A stretch of 63,403 nucleotides of DNA, filler included, from Choristocarpus tenellus KU-1152 (GCA_964200185.2; 14 parts of 14 records of this genome joined end to end with filler, not necessarily neighbours in it); one strand, 5' to 3'. Counted from the whole stretch's first letter, positions 26,006 through 38,832 are shown. The notes: a model not told the origin generated them from the letters alone. Program-made: numbers and translations.

Positions 26006-28465
26006 AGTAGTCTATGTGGTTTATAGTGTAAAAGTGAATGAAGTAATGTAACTTTAACTTATAAGTGGCTGACGTAGTGTAACTGTCACAAACATGTTTA
26101 AACATATTTCTGACGTGTTTGATGACGAATGAATTAGATAACAAGGGAGAGAACCNNNNNNNNNNCACTCCGCTAATAAACAAATCCATACCACATAAAG
26201 CAAAATACTCTATCAGAGTAGCTCTCTTTTGCATAGGTTATGAGCCTCATTGGTATGTAAGCAGACCCCCGTATGCTGCCACTATGGAGTGGAGCACGGG
26301 GGCATGCAAGGGAGAAGTGAGCAGAATGGCTGATGGCGCTGGTGAGCTATGCGGGCGGCAAGAGACTGTACTGCATCCTACAACCAGCATACCGCATTTC
26401 TGCACCTCCCACAGCTGATACATCATTCGAGGAACGCTGCGCGTATGATGAATATGTCAGGCATCGCGAAGCCTTGTGGTTCCTGCTGGGACAGGCCACG
26501 AAGGGTGCTGCAGCTATGGTGGCCAGCTTGTATGGTCAACACGTACGAGAGGAGACAGCCCCAACAGGAGGGCAGCCTGTCTCGAACTAGAGCAGATCTA
26601 TGGGGGGCACACTGTGAGTCAGCGGCCCATGCAGCTCATAGCTCCAGAGATGAAATTGTGCGACATGTACTGCTCAGTAGAGGACACTGCAGATTTCGTC
26701 ATTGGTCTCGATCATATCTGGACAAGAGTACAAGCAGTTAGAGGCAGTCAAGATCATGCCAAGAACGGAGCTCTGATCATTGGCATCAGGGACAGCATGC
26801 TGTAGGTATTTATGCAGATGTGTCCGCGAGGAGGACGAGAGATCCTCATGCAGCTCAACAAAGGAGGAGCTCTGATCATAGACATCAGGGACAGCATGCC
26901 GCAGGTATTTGTGCAGATGTGTCCGTGCGGAGGACAAGATCCCCGTGCAGTTCATTACAAGACCCGATATAAGCTACAGGAGGCTGAAACGGGCAATAGT
27001 ATCATCATTGTCGTCCCAACAAAGTGGACCTGCACCTTTGACACAAATGGGAAGTTGGAGGCTAAGCAGACATGGGATATGGTACAATCAGTAACTAAGC
27101 CTCCACCAGAAAGAAAGGAGGAGTTAACCTCGGGGAGCCTGGGAGCCTCTAGCCGCTGGGACCATAAACTCGTGGAAGAGAAAACAGAACGTCAGCAGAG
27201 GAGGCGGACAAGGTACAACTGGTCAACGTAGACCATATCACAACAGGAAACCCTACCAGAGACAAGATCAGGACCAACAGAAGGAGTTTAAACTGTGAAC
27301 TGATTAAGCATATTGGTCCTTGTTTCTTTCGAAGGAATATGCTACAATGGAGGTAAAGGAGACCTTCAGATCATTTGTCGCGAAAGGAGAGCGACACCGT
27401 CTAAAGAGACAGAGGAATTAACTAGACCGGGTACCCAGAGCACATCCTGGAGCAACAATGGATGAAAGGAACATTCATGGAGGGAAAGGTTTTGACATGG
27501 GGAAGAAATCCTGTCAAGACTAAATCTTAATTTAAGAAAAGTCAACAGCTGAGGGGACCACTGAACAGTTCAAGGCCAGGTTGGTGACACTGGACTTCAC
27601 TCAACAAGAGGATGTACAAGACATTCAATTATGATAGGCTTCAAGCCTGGGGGAGTGAGTGCTACTTCAACAATAGAAACAATGGACAATTGGGGCCTGG
27701 TTAGGTATAGAAACTCAGACTGGGGGCAATGACACTACATCAAGGCGGGGGACTTTTCAGCCTAAATCCAAACTGCTGGAGCTAATGAGGGAGGCAGAGC
27801 TAGACATACTTGGAGAGTCAGAATTTGATGAAGACATAAATTTGGACATACAAAACGAAAAAGAGGCTTCCACAACAGGGAGCGAGGCAGCATGATTGGG
27901 GTGAGAGCCCAAATATTGGGCGTGGGGCTCAAAATGCAAAGCGCCCAGCTTCCCCCCACAGCCAAGAAATTCCCAGGATGGGACAACGCCAACGCATTGA
28001 TAGGGCTGCACAGATGGCAACCAAACACTTGGCCCCACACTCTGGGAGGGAAATCTGCCAGGCTGGAGCAGCGCCGGCAGATGACCCACACAAGTCAAAT
28101 GTGTGCCCAGGAAGAGGATGAGGAAATGGAAATGAACCACTTCGTATCAACCCTTATGCAGCAGAACAACGAAGAAGTGTACTGCCTTATGGGTCTCAAT
28201 GGCATATGACATGCCCCACTGCATTCTCATCCAAGGCATTCTGGGGGAGATTGGCATATTACAGGAAAAGATTCCCTGGTTCTGTGATAATCGTGATGCT
28301 ATTCAAGCGAGCAACATCACAGGATTCAACGGAAGGACCAAGCATATGGACATGAAGTTAAGGTGTACAAGAGATTGTGTAGATCAAGGAATATTTCATG
28401 TAGAATATGTTCTAACGTCAAGACAATTAGCTGACATTTTGACTAAGTCTTTGCGTAAGAGTCTT
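26006..28465 (+). mobile_element. Decayed, internally deleted Ty1/Copia element (LTR remnant, PBS, gag, RT, RNase H)
   Basis: PBS-like GGTTATGAGCC at ~26236; gag-like ORFs 26333-26805; RT FKARLVTLDFTQ at ~27570; RNase H CDNRDAI...RTKHMDMK...QLADILTKSL at 28199-28465. Confidence 0.85.
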
Positions 28466-28565
28466 NNNNNNNNNNNNNNNNNNNNNNNNNNNNNNNNNNN
28501 NNNNNNNNNTTAATTAATTAANNNNNNNNNNNNNNNNNNNNNNNNNNNNNNNNNNNNNNNNNNNN

Positions 28566-28666
28566 TTTCCCTACCCGACGCCCTTCCGACCTCAAAAAAA
28601 AAAGATGTTTGACCGAAACGGATGCCCCCCCACAAACCCCCCCCCCCCCCCCAGATACTTTGACCC
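28566..28666 (+). mobile_element. Right end of MITE subtype C
   Basis: GACCGAAACGGATGCCCCCCACAAACC...CCAGATACTTTGACCC. Confidence 0.75.
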
Positions 28667-28868
28667 GTCAGCTGAATGTATATATTTTCTCAACTATCCA
28701 CAACTGTGGAAACTCCACACAATGGGGTTGACAATACGCTAAATGCATTATTGCCGATGACAGAGGAGTCAAGGCTGGGTACAAGAGTTAGTTGCCTCCA
28801 GCAGATGGTGTACTTGCGTGTACTCGTATGCTTGTGATAGGTGAATAGCACAAGCATTTCTTCTCACA

Positions 28869-29279
28869 CTTTAACCAGCGTGAGCAGTTTACGAGCGTGT
28901 GGAACCCCAAAAGGGGGAACTCCGATTTGCTAATACTTGCAAGAGTAAGAGATGTAACTTGGGAATGTATGCAACGGTTCTCAGATGCATTTCAATGTCT
29001 GTAAGCTGAAATAAAAATAAAACGGTACGTGATGACAAGAGGTCCCAAACGGCTTAGGCTCCCAAATGGCTCACTCTCAACTGATACCAGTTCTCATACA
29101 TATGCTTATTGATTCATAAGAGTACTCCTAACTGCTGACCTGATATTCATCATCCTCGCTGGACCTATTAAACGTCGGAGTATCCCAGGAGTCCTGTACA
29201 AGCATCAGCGCCATCTATAGGCCTGTGGATTGAAGCAATACATCCCGTGGAGGTAAGCTTTGGAGCGTGCTGTGTAACA
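28869..29279 (-). mobile_element. LTR-like repeat, homolog of 11623-12092
   Basis: Extended reverse-complement similarity, e.g. GAGTCCTGTACAAGCATCAGCGCCATCTATAGGCCT. Confidence 0.7.
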
Positions 29280-29571
29280 TGCTTTCACCGATGAAAACAA
29301 GGCCTCGACACATCTACAGAGTAGTACATGCAGTTAGCATAGCGTTCCTAATATAGCTGTATCTATCTCTAACAGTCATCGTTTGTGTGAACGTTGTGTA
29401 CTCTCCCCTTGACAATGATATCCTCACTACTGCAACGGTGCAGAATGAAGGGTGTCCGGCGCCAAATTTTGTCCCCCGATATGCCCTTAGACCTCACGTC
29501 TCTTGAGAAGACCACTGGGGGTCCACGAGTCCACTCGGTGGACTCAGCAATACACTTCTGGTACTATTTTG

Positions 29572-29852
29572 GAGTCAAAGTATCTTAGAGGGTATAGACG
29601 CGTCCGTTTGGGGGCCAAAATGTTGTGATTTTGATTCAATTTTGGCTATCGTGCTTGTTAGGAAGTGTCAATAACCTTGTTCCAGACGCAATTTTTCGTA
29701 GTTTTATACGTAATACCTGCTCCAAGACGTACACATTTTCCTACTCCGAAACTGTTTCGGAGTAGGAAAATGTAATAAAAAAAACACGTGGTAAGTCAAG
29801 CCCCAAACGGACAAACAGGGCCAAACTCGTAACCTCTAAGGTACTTTCACTC
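29572..29852 (+). mobile_element. MITE subtype A, 3-bp TSD TTG
   Basis: GAGTCAAAGTATCTTAGAGGGT ... CTCTAAGGTACTTTCACTC; TTG on both flanks. Confidence 0.9.
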
Positions 29853-31143
29853 TTGTAGAGATAGTGTAGGTGTCATTAATGTCGATATGATAAACCGGGA
29901 AGAAGTCAAGGATGAAATAAGAGAGGGAAGGCGTAGGGATAGTTGGCCTATCTTGTTGGAAAGAGAAAATGATCGTTTTTGGGGAATGGAATTGAGAGTC
30001 AGGATAGACATATTTTGTAGCTTGGTACATTGTCGAAAGTGTGCATGATCTCGAATATAACTATGTGTCTTGTAAAGCATTCAACCATGTTCATGGGGCA
30101 ACTGAGATATCTGGAACATTCAGCATAACCTGCTAATACGACACATACTCCACAAATTATTAAGTATCTCACCCTCCTCTAAATCCACCAATTCAATTTT
30201 CGCTACCCCTCTACCAAGGTGAACTTGAGCACACGCTGAAGTTCTCCAAGACGAACACTAAGTTGTTATCTGCATCAAGCTAACCCCCGCACCTTGAGTG
30301 TTTTGTAGCATTCCACTCTGTGGGCCTCCTTCTATTGAATTGTGAAAGGCAGGAAACCCAACCCATTGTACAAACACAAGTCCGTTCGCACAATGCAAAC
30401 AATACCCTTCTATAGATATATCTTCTTCTTCAACAACTGACTCCAGAATAATGCGTCATCATCTACTGGGGTAGCAAAATAAATATAGAATTTGATCTTT
30501 TTGAAGGGAGGCACACGGATGTCCGCCCACTGGCACAAATGGACCAGTTTGTATGTATATTCGGAGTAAGGCAGTATGACCTCTCCATGTAGGCCATCAC
30601 GAAGCAATTGTTACCCCGATCTTGAGTGTTCAATCAGTGCATTCATTTTATACTTGATACCTTGAAAGTAGGAGATATGCACGAAGATTTTGTCGACCAG
30701 TACGGTCAGCCTCACTAGGCAAAATGAGTACTAGTACCGAATGTCTAATTTGGTTTGGTGTCCTTCTAATTTTCAGTGCTGTACGTAGTGTTTGTCGTAA
30801 AAAAACTCCCAAAGAAAAATGTTGTGGGGCACAGTACAAGGAGATTGTAGGAGGGTACACAATACACATTGCAAAAATAATCTGTGTGAAGGTCAAGAAT
30901 GGCGAACGTTTCTATGTTGACTATATATTTCCTGGAGAAGATTGTTAGAGCCCATCGTATACCTATCAGAGTATATAGCATTATAGGTAACCGAAGGGGA
31001 ATCATGTGAGGCTCATATAGCCTGTTGGATCTTGAATGGAATTAAGTTGTGGTCTGAAATACAAGTTGACAATGGTGAGTGGATTCAGAAAAGACCCCAA
31101 TATCCTCAGCGTAGATTTCAGCGTGCGTATGTTTACAAGGTCA

Positions 31144-31275
31144 GGCTCCAAGTGTCTGGGGGGGGTGACGGCTGTTCATTTGGTTGCATGCGTCGGATGG
31201 ATAATGTAAGTTCACTTCACCTGGTCAGGGCCCGAATGGACACCCTGGTGTAGACAACCCCGCCCCCCCCACCGC
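31144..31275 (+). mobile_element. Internally deleted MITE subtype B
   Basis: GGCTCCAAGTGTCTGGGG...GTCGGATGGATAATG...ATGGACACCCTGGTGTAGAC, matching 1513-1698. Confidence 0.7.
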
Positions 31276-32029
31276 CACCCACGCTTTCTCTCGGCGTGCT
31301 GTGTTATCATCGNNNNNNNNNNNNNNNNNNNNNNNNNNNNNNNNNNNNNNNNNNNNTTAATTAATTAANNNNNNNNNNNNNNNNNNNNNNNNNNNNNNNN
31401 NNNNNNNNNNNNAAGCAAAAGTCGATTTCTTGTTTTCTGGGTGTTCTGGTGTTTAGCCGTGTCTTTTTCCGTTTTTTGTTTTTTTTTTTTTTTTTTTTTT
31501 TGGGGGGGGGGTCTTCCGAAAAGCATGTTGCTGTATGAGTTTACGCCTCACATCTCAGTAGGCCTCTTTATCACTACAAGAACTTATATCCCCACCGTGC
31601 TGTTTTTTTTTTCAGAGGTGAGAACGGACCTGTGAAGTGGTGGTTCCAAGTGTGGTGTGTGTTAGTGAAAGCATGTTTTTGTTGTACGAATTGATTTTGT
31701 ATGTGCTTTCTAAAAAACTGGTGTGAAAGAGGTATATCTTATCTTGTGTGTCTGAAAGAGGTATATCTTGTGTGTCCCAATCCGCCTCCTTGACTTCACT
31801 TGTCTGTTTTTCCATGGCGGGTGATTATTGGACGAACCAAGGCAAGGGCAACATCAGCAGGCCAATCAGCACCCGGTACAGCAGCTTGCCGCACTGTCTG
31901 GTCTGGGATCAGAGAGCCTCTCTTCTCGATTAAATGTGAGCTTTTTTTTTAATGTTCCTGTGCACTCTGTGCCTCACTCAAGCAGGAAGAGAGGTGCTCT
32001 ATGTTTCCATTAATTGTACAGAGCTGTAT

Positions 32030-32140
32030 TGAGGACTGTATCGGAACAATATCGGAACAATATCGGAACGATACCGAGGACTATATCGGAACTAATAGGA
32101 ACTATATCGGAACTAATAGGAACTATATCGGAACTGTATC
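32030..32140. repeat. Minisatellite with 10-11-bp units (core TATCGGAAC)
   Basis: About 9 degenerate units visible. Confidence 0.8.
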
Positions 32141-32431
32141 ACGGTATATGATATGATAGTGTTAGACTTGTAAAAAGTAACGAGATTTTTTTTGAAGTAA
32201 AAAAAAATACATTTTTCTAAAAAATTGCGGCGAGAGATTGCTGGGACTGATTACCCTAACCCTAACCCTACTTTTGATGTAAGCTGTGCTTCACTGTTAC
32301 CGGCTCTTTTTTGCATTGACATATGTAGCACTTGTGCTCTCTGGAGTTTGAAATGATTGCTGTATATCTACTACTTCACTTTAATGCTGTGTAATATGAG
32401 TAACCGTAACAGTAATATAATGTGTGTAAGT

Positions 32432-32596
32432 TATGTATTTATGTATGTATGCATGTGTGTATGTATGTATGTTTGTGTGTATGTATGTATGTATGTATGT
32501 ATGTATGTATGTATGTATGTATGTATGTATATGTGTATGTATGTATATATTTATGTATATATGTATGTGTGAATGTGTGTATGCATGTATGTATGT
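32432..32596. repeat. (TATG)n microsatellite
   Basis: Direct inspection. Confidence 0.95.
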
Positions 32597-32863
32597 AGAA
32601 GGAGCAAGATGTACACAAATGGGATGTTAGTGGTAGATACTCAAATTTTCTTAGAGAGTATTATCGCCATTGATATTAATATCATCATTGATATTATTTT
32701 CACTGATGTTAATGTTATTTTTATGCTGGCATTGCTTTTCTAGTCATTGTGGGGGTGCAACGTCTTTTATCACCCTAACATTTTTTTGGTTTTTAATATT
32801 TGGGGGGTGGGGGCTTAGGGTCATGGTCATCAGCTCCTGGATATGGGCCTCTCTATCCCGCAG

Positions 32864-32981
32864 GGAGCCTTGAACAACAATTCATCAAGCAGCAGGAGAG
32901 TTGGTTCTAGTGGGGGGGGCGGCAGCACCGATGATCCTGCGGTTGACACCGGGCCTACATCAAGCTCTGGAGCTCACTCTG
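32864..32981 (+). CDS. Putative internal exon of an unknown Ser/Gly-rich protein (upstream exon likely ends at 31935)
   Basis: Acceptor CCCGCAG, frame GALNNNSSSSRRVGSSGGGG..., donor-like G|GCAAGT; upstream SLSSRLN|GTGAGC is phase-compatible. Confidence 0.4.
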
Positions 32982-33152
32982 GCAAGTGCCCAAGTGCTCT
33001 GAAAGGATTGATGTGTGTGCTAAAGTGTTGACAACAAGCTAAGCGGTAGCTTGCTGGAGACCTTGTTGTCAGTGCTAGGTGTTTAACCTTGAGGTTGTTA
33101 GGCAGGCTATCTCCTGTTGTGGCTTGTAGTTTGGTTCCCTCCCCTCCCCCGC

Positions 33153-33184
<32 letters not shown>

Positions 33185-33763
33185 NNNNNNNNNNTTTTTT
33201 TTCTTTGGTTTGTTTGGTTCCCTCTCCTTTTTGTGGGTTTTTTTTTTTTTTCCCCCCCCCCCCCCCCCCCCCCCCCCCCGTACGTTTTTCTCCCTTGGTT
33301 GTTGTTGTCAGGTTTTGTTTGAAGGAGAAGGGTGTTCTGCGGCATGTACTTACTCTTTAGTGGTAGAGGGGGAGTTGGACGAGTGTATGGTGGCGTGGTT
33401 GGGGTGGTTTTCATTGGGTAGTTTGGTCCTTTTGATGCGGAGTTTGTTTTGGTGCATGGGGTGGTTGGTTGGGGCTAGGTTTACAATGTAACGTAATAGT
33501 TAAAAGTATTAGCTTCTTAATGGCATCTCTGGCCCTCAGTAGGTCATAGCTCGGTGCCTGGGATGAATTTGGCTTGGATATCTAGCACAATGATAATGCT
33601 CCCCCAAATCGTTGAGAGTTCAATGTTGAAGCGGAAAATGATCTTAGAACCTGACAAAAAAAAGTGTCATGTCTCAAGATTTTTCAGTCTGGAATCAGTT
33701 GTGTTTTATTGAATACACTGCAATGGGTACACTTTACAGGGGCGATGTTTGGCTAACTGTTGT

Positions 33764-33874
33764 TATTATTATTATTATTATTATTGTTGTTAGTAGTGTT
33801 AGTATTATTATTATTATTGTTAGTAGTGTTAGTATTATTAAATTATTATTATTACTATATATTTTTATTATTAT
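33764..33874. repeat. (ATT)n/(AGT)n compound microsatellite
   Basis: Direct inspection. Confidence 0.9.
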
Positions 33875-34483
33875 AGGTGATTTATCTGTTTATGATATTT
33901 CCTCCCTCCTTCTGTGTCTCGCTCACGAGTTGTGCATTGAAGTAGTTAACATATTGTAGATAATAGTCAGGCGTTTGTAGGACATATCCCCCGGGATTGT
34001 TGTAAGAGAAGTGAGCAGGCATTATTATTGCGTTAATTTATTGTTGGGGTTTGTGTTGATTTTCATCAGTGAAAATGATCCACCGCAGTGATTAGGATTG
34101 ATAGTTTGGTTGTGATGATCCCCCCCCAATGTGTTATTAACTATTAATTGAATAGACATTATCTGTAATTCAGGGCAAAATTGATTGAAACTCCAGTTTG
34201 TTCCAGGCTGCTGATTTTCGTGAGAAATTGGAGGGCTACTGTTGCTGACTGAATAAGGTGGGGTGGCTGGTTTGGTATGATGGTATGAGATGTACCTGTG
34301 TTGGAAAAAAGTATACCTTTTTGCTGTTGGTTTCTCTCACAGTGCTGTTCATACTGTGCTGCCGTATGTCTTTTTTTTCCATCACGTAGGCGTGTTTCTT
34401 TTTTAGTCTTTTTTTTATTTCATGGTTGGGAGTAAAGAGTAGTATTAAAATAAAACAGAAATTAAGAATATATAGGTATGTAT

Positions 34484-34525
34484 GAGCCAAAGTATCTTAG
34501 AGGGTAGGGCCGCGTCCATTTGGGG
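34484..34525 (+). mobile_element. Left end of MITE subtype A, truncated by linker
   Basis: GAGCCAAAGTATCTTAGAGGGTAGGGCCGCGTCCATTT. Confidence 0.8.
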
Positions 34526-34625
34526 NNNNNNNNNNNNNNNNNNNNNNNNNNNNNNNNNNNNNNNNNNNNTTAATTAATTAANNNNNNNNNNNNNNNNNNN
34601 NNNNNNNNNNNNNNNNNNNNNNNNN

Positions 34626-34676
34626 GAAACGGCCGCCCCCTCACAACCCACCCCCCCCCCCAAGATACGTTGACCC
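34626..34676 (+). mobile_element. Right end of MITE subtype C
   Basis: CCCCCTCACAACCC...CAAGATACGTTGACCC. Confidence 0.75.
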
Positions 34677-35531
34677 ATCAATATGTATTATGATGACTAA
34701 GATTATTATTTGTTGGTTATTACTTGAGGATGATCCTTACCCATGATCAGATGGACCACATTCTGCACTACTACTTCTCATACTAACTGCTACATACAAT
34801 AACTGTCGCATTAAAACAAGTCGTACCCCCTCGGTTGTTCCATTATTCTTGTGCGTCAGGTTCGTAGCAATCCCGCCACTCGTCTGTCTCATCCCCCGAA
34901 TCTTTTTCTGGTGGATCCGTCATAAAATTTGTTCACCTTGATCTTGGTCCAGTTTTTTTTTGGTATAGTGTACAATCAGTTGTCATGGGCAAATTGATTA
35001 GAATGTTCGAAACCAGTGGAAAGAAGTCTGGTGTTGAAGGGGCTCGAATCCTCCAAAAATCCGTGTGTACTCAATGTTGTCGCCTTAACCACTGGGTGAG
35101 CCAGGACGAAGTACTTGCAGAGAGTACATTGCTTCCCTTCTTATGGTTCCCATGCGGAATCAATGGAAACATGCATGAAATCAATATCGAAACCAGATTT
35201 GAGCAAAAAGGGGTCTGCCATGAAAGGGGTTGGAATCATTGATTGTCATGTAGGGAACAGACTCTTTGATTCATCATCCACTAAACAAAGATTTCGTAAA
35301 TCGATAAACCAACTACTCTTGTGCAATCAATCTATGAAAGTATGTGAGTATTACTATGTACAATTTACTCAACTACATAGGGAATTTTAGTAGGGTGGTG
35401 AGAGAAATATCGGATGCGGTGTTTACTGTTTTCGATTTGTGTTCGGTTCATTGTCACCCCGCGCGCAGGGTTACTTCCATGGCGCGGTAGTGGCAGTTCA
35501 TAGGAGGCCACACACAAGGAGGCATACTACG

Positions 35532-37170
35532 ATGCCTGTTGCCGTCGGTGTCGACTTGGGTAGCACCCACTGCAGCATCGGGGTGTGGCACCATGACCGA
35601 CCAGAGATTATCGCCAATCATCATGGGCTCCGTGCAACCCCAACGATGGTAGCCTTCACGGACACTGAGGTGTTGGTTGGCGAGGCAGCCTTGACTCAGA
35701 TGCCCAAGAATGTCCCCAACACTGTGTTTGGCTTCAAATGGATGATAGGACAAAGCCACGCGCAGCTCGAGCCTCATGTCAAGAAAATGCTTGGTGAGGG
35801 AGATGCTTCAAGACTTGCTGGCCTGCTATACTCAACGCCCCACGGACTCAAATCCCACACAAGCACTGGTGCCAGAGTCTCAGGGATACCTGTGGTTTAG
35901 TTCAGGACAAACTCAGTTGGTCTCGCCCATAGGTTAATCCTCCTATCTCCAACTACTGATCCAACTGGCAAATCTAGTAATCGCTCTGCAGTGAAAACGT
36001 GATTGAAAGTCCAGGCCATGGTTTGTGGACCCTGATCACACCTGGGCAGTGCTTGTTGCTGCTGCTATCCCCCCTCACTATCTGTAACGCTCCACGAATG
36101 GTGAAGTGTGCCTACGTTGCCATTCCTGTGATCGCATCCTGCCCCCGCAACCGAATTAGACTCTCTCTGCTCTTTGCCTGCTCTCTCAACTGTTGGGTCT
36201 GGACCCCTGCCCATTTTAGAGTCAGCACCCTTCAAGTGCAAGGTAGATAGCAAAGGTGCAGCGCGAGTGACAGTAACACACAAGGGAGAAGAGCTTACAG
36301 TCGGAGCTGAGACCCTCTGTGGGCACCTATTTACTGAGCTGCGTTCCATTGCGGAGGCATTTGCTGGCGAAAGTATAGGCAAGTGTGTCCTCTCTGTTCC
36401 AGGGGGCTTCACCGCTGAACAGCGAGACACTCTTCGCATCGTGGGCAAGCAGGCCGGTCTACCGTTCTCGCTCGTTATTTCGGACCCCATCGCAGCTGCC
36501 GTTGCATACGGGCTCGACCGTCCTGACGAGGAGATGGGAGGCTCCCGCCGAGATGGTGGACGTTCTAAGTGAGATAATACCGACTGAACCCGTCCAATAC
36601 TTTTATCACATGACGATTGATAGAGTTAGGACTATCTTGGGCGCCTCTTTGAGCCATTTTCAAAAGGCACATGGTACACACATGTAGTTGCTTTGGTGTT
36701 TACTTTGATAGGGCTTGGGCACAACCTTGATGAGAAACAGCAGGAAGTATTAACCTGTGTTGGCTGCATTTTATTTTGCAACAGATAATATGAGATTGTG
36801 CCATTATCAGCATTCAGTGCTCAAGTGAAAGCGACGCTTCTTGACTTCTCATGACCTTGAAACAGTAAGCAGTCCTGTATATGTCCCACATTTGCTACCA
36901 TCCCTGTTGGCTGCCCCTTCTCTTTCTGACGTTTTTTCTTAACATTTACATAGGCCAAAGAACACGGTTGTTGTTGTAGACTGGGGAGGTGGAGGGGTAG
37001 AGGCATCTGTACTGCGACGCACAGATGGTATCCTGACAGTGAGAGGGCAGGCAACAGATCCATCTGTTGGCGGTGGGGAGTTCACAAATCGTTTGGTGGC
37101 ATTTTGTGCAAAAGACTTCAAGCGTAAGACTGGGGGAGACATCTATGAGAGCAAGAGGTCCATACTCAAG
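35532..37170 (+). CDS. Hsp70-family protein, atypical (HSPA14/Ssz1-like), 5' part; exons 35532-35793, 36220-36568, 36954-37170
   Basis: VGVDLGSTHCSIG, IIANHHGLRATPTMVAFTD, ISDPIAAAVAYGLD, VVDWGGG, GGGEFTNRLV...FKRK; splice phases 1 and 2 join in frame. Confidence 0.9.
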
Positions 37171-38133
37171 GCAAGTTGGGGAGGGGATAAATCTTCAACA
37201 GAGAAGCACAAGACATTCAACGTACTGGGTGGGGGGGATTTAATTGCGTGAATCAATATGGGTGGGTGTAACAAGCAGCGCGACAAAATATTTTTATCTT
37301 GGGGACCTCGATTGCAGCATCTTGTATTGATTCATCAATCAAGTCTGTCTCTGAAAGATAATTGTTCTCCAGTGTGGATGTGCGATTAATATGATGTTTT
37401 GTCCAAGCCTTTTGCTGTGCTTCTGTACCTTTATCGATGCAGACTTTCGTTTCAAGCCACTTTTTAATAGTTTTGTCTGTGTAAGGCTAGTTTGTCAAAA
37501 AAAAAAATCCCTGTGTGAACAACAATGCAAGAAACTGTATGGCGTTTTTGTCTGTGTGTCAACATTTCAGTGATAACATCACAAATCTTTCCTTGAAATG
37601 ATTGCACCAAGGGAACTAACTCCGATGAGGGCTGAAGNNNNNNNNNNNNNNNNNNNNNNNNNNNNNNNNNNNNNNNNNNNNTTAATTAATTAANNNNNNN
37701 NNNNNNNNNNNNNNNNNNNNNNNNNNNNNNNNNNNNNATGGGACTTTTTTTATTTGCTGGCCCGGTGAAACGTCCTGAAGTTTTTATGTCCCCTCCCCCC
37801 CCCAAAAAAAAATGAATTCACAACACCATCATTGGATGTTACGGTTATGGAGAAGCAATCAAAAATATTAGTTACCAATGTGTCAACCTGGGTGTACAAC
37901 TGTACTGTTGCTATGCTTCTGGTTTTCTTGTCTGACTGTGGTCTGCTGTCACCCAGCTATCACCATCTCCTTCCCACCCTGCCCAAAAGGGTTGACCCCA
38001 ACTTGATTGACTTCACATGATCCACCCGCCCTCACTTCCCCGCCCAAGCAATGCAATGCAACTCATAAGCTCTCCCCACTCTGTTTTCTTCCATTCCCCC
38101 GCGTACCTGAACATGCCTTACCCTCTCACACAG

Positions 38134-38832
38134 GCAGCAGATAATTTTGCATCCTTCTTAGCCAAGGACAACGAGTTCGAGAAGTCAATCAACCCACGCT
38201 TGATTGCAGCAGGGGGGGGCTTCACTGCTGGATCAGAAGCAGCTGCGGTTGCTGCGATGTCTGAAGTTGAAGCTGAAGGACCAGAGGCTGGAGCAGCAGC
38301 AACAACAGAAACAGAAACAGCACCGGGGACGAAAACAAATGATGTGGGGACAGAGGGAAGGGTGTCGATGGGGTCGCAATCATTGAGCTCTGTGGGATCA
38401 AGCCTTTCGTTGTCGTTGCTGAGGCGCCCTCCTGTTGTTAATGAATATCCTGTCCAAAGTTCTGGCCTAACACCATTTCCGAGTTCAGGATTTTTGAAGG
38501 ACAACAGCTACACCTCGTCAATCATCACAAGGGAGGAGGATGCGTCATACACCTCCAGTGATATATATACTGATATGACCGATAAGAGCCCAATTGATAT
38601 TGGGAGTAGAAGGAGTAGCAACAATGAGCCTTTCAATACTAGTCGAGGTGGGGCTGCAATGGTAGGACCTCGAGTGAGCCGTTCAGGTGGAGCAGGTGGA
38701 GATATGGGGGGGGGAGGTGGTGATGAGAAGAAAATCCCAATGCAGCACTATTGTGCGTTTGACATGTCTGTTCCATTGCGATCAACAAATGCAGAAGGAC
38801 CTCGCAGTAGTGGTGAGGCTGACTTTGTGTAG
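38134..38832 (+). CDS. Terminal exon of an unknown low-complexity protein
   Basis: Acceptor CACACAG at 38133; open frame AADNFASFLAKDNEFEKSINPRL... to TAG. Confidence 0.6.
   Translation, partial: AADNFASFLAKDNEFEKSINPRLIAAGGGFTAGSEAAAVAAMSEVEAEGPEAGAAATTETETAPGTKTNDVGTEGRVSMGSQSLSSVGSSLSLSLLRRPPVVNEYPVQSSGLTPFPSSGFLKDNSYTSSIITREEDASYTSSDIYTDMTDKSPIDIGSRRSSNNEPFNTSRGGAAMVGPRVSRSGGAGGDMGGGGGDEKKIPMQHYCAFDMSVPLRSTNAEGPRSSGEADFV

Noticed and set aside
32030-32140. Possible CRISPR array
   Set aside because: Units are 10-11 bp with no unique spacers, there are no cas genes, and the context is eukaryotic.
32357-33959. ORFs with VCMY, poly-Pro/Gly and poly-Ile runs
   Set aside because: Translations of microsatellites and homopolymer runs.
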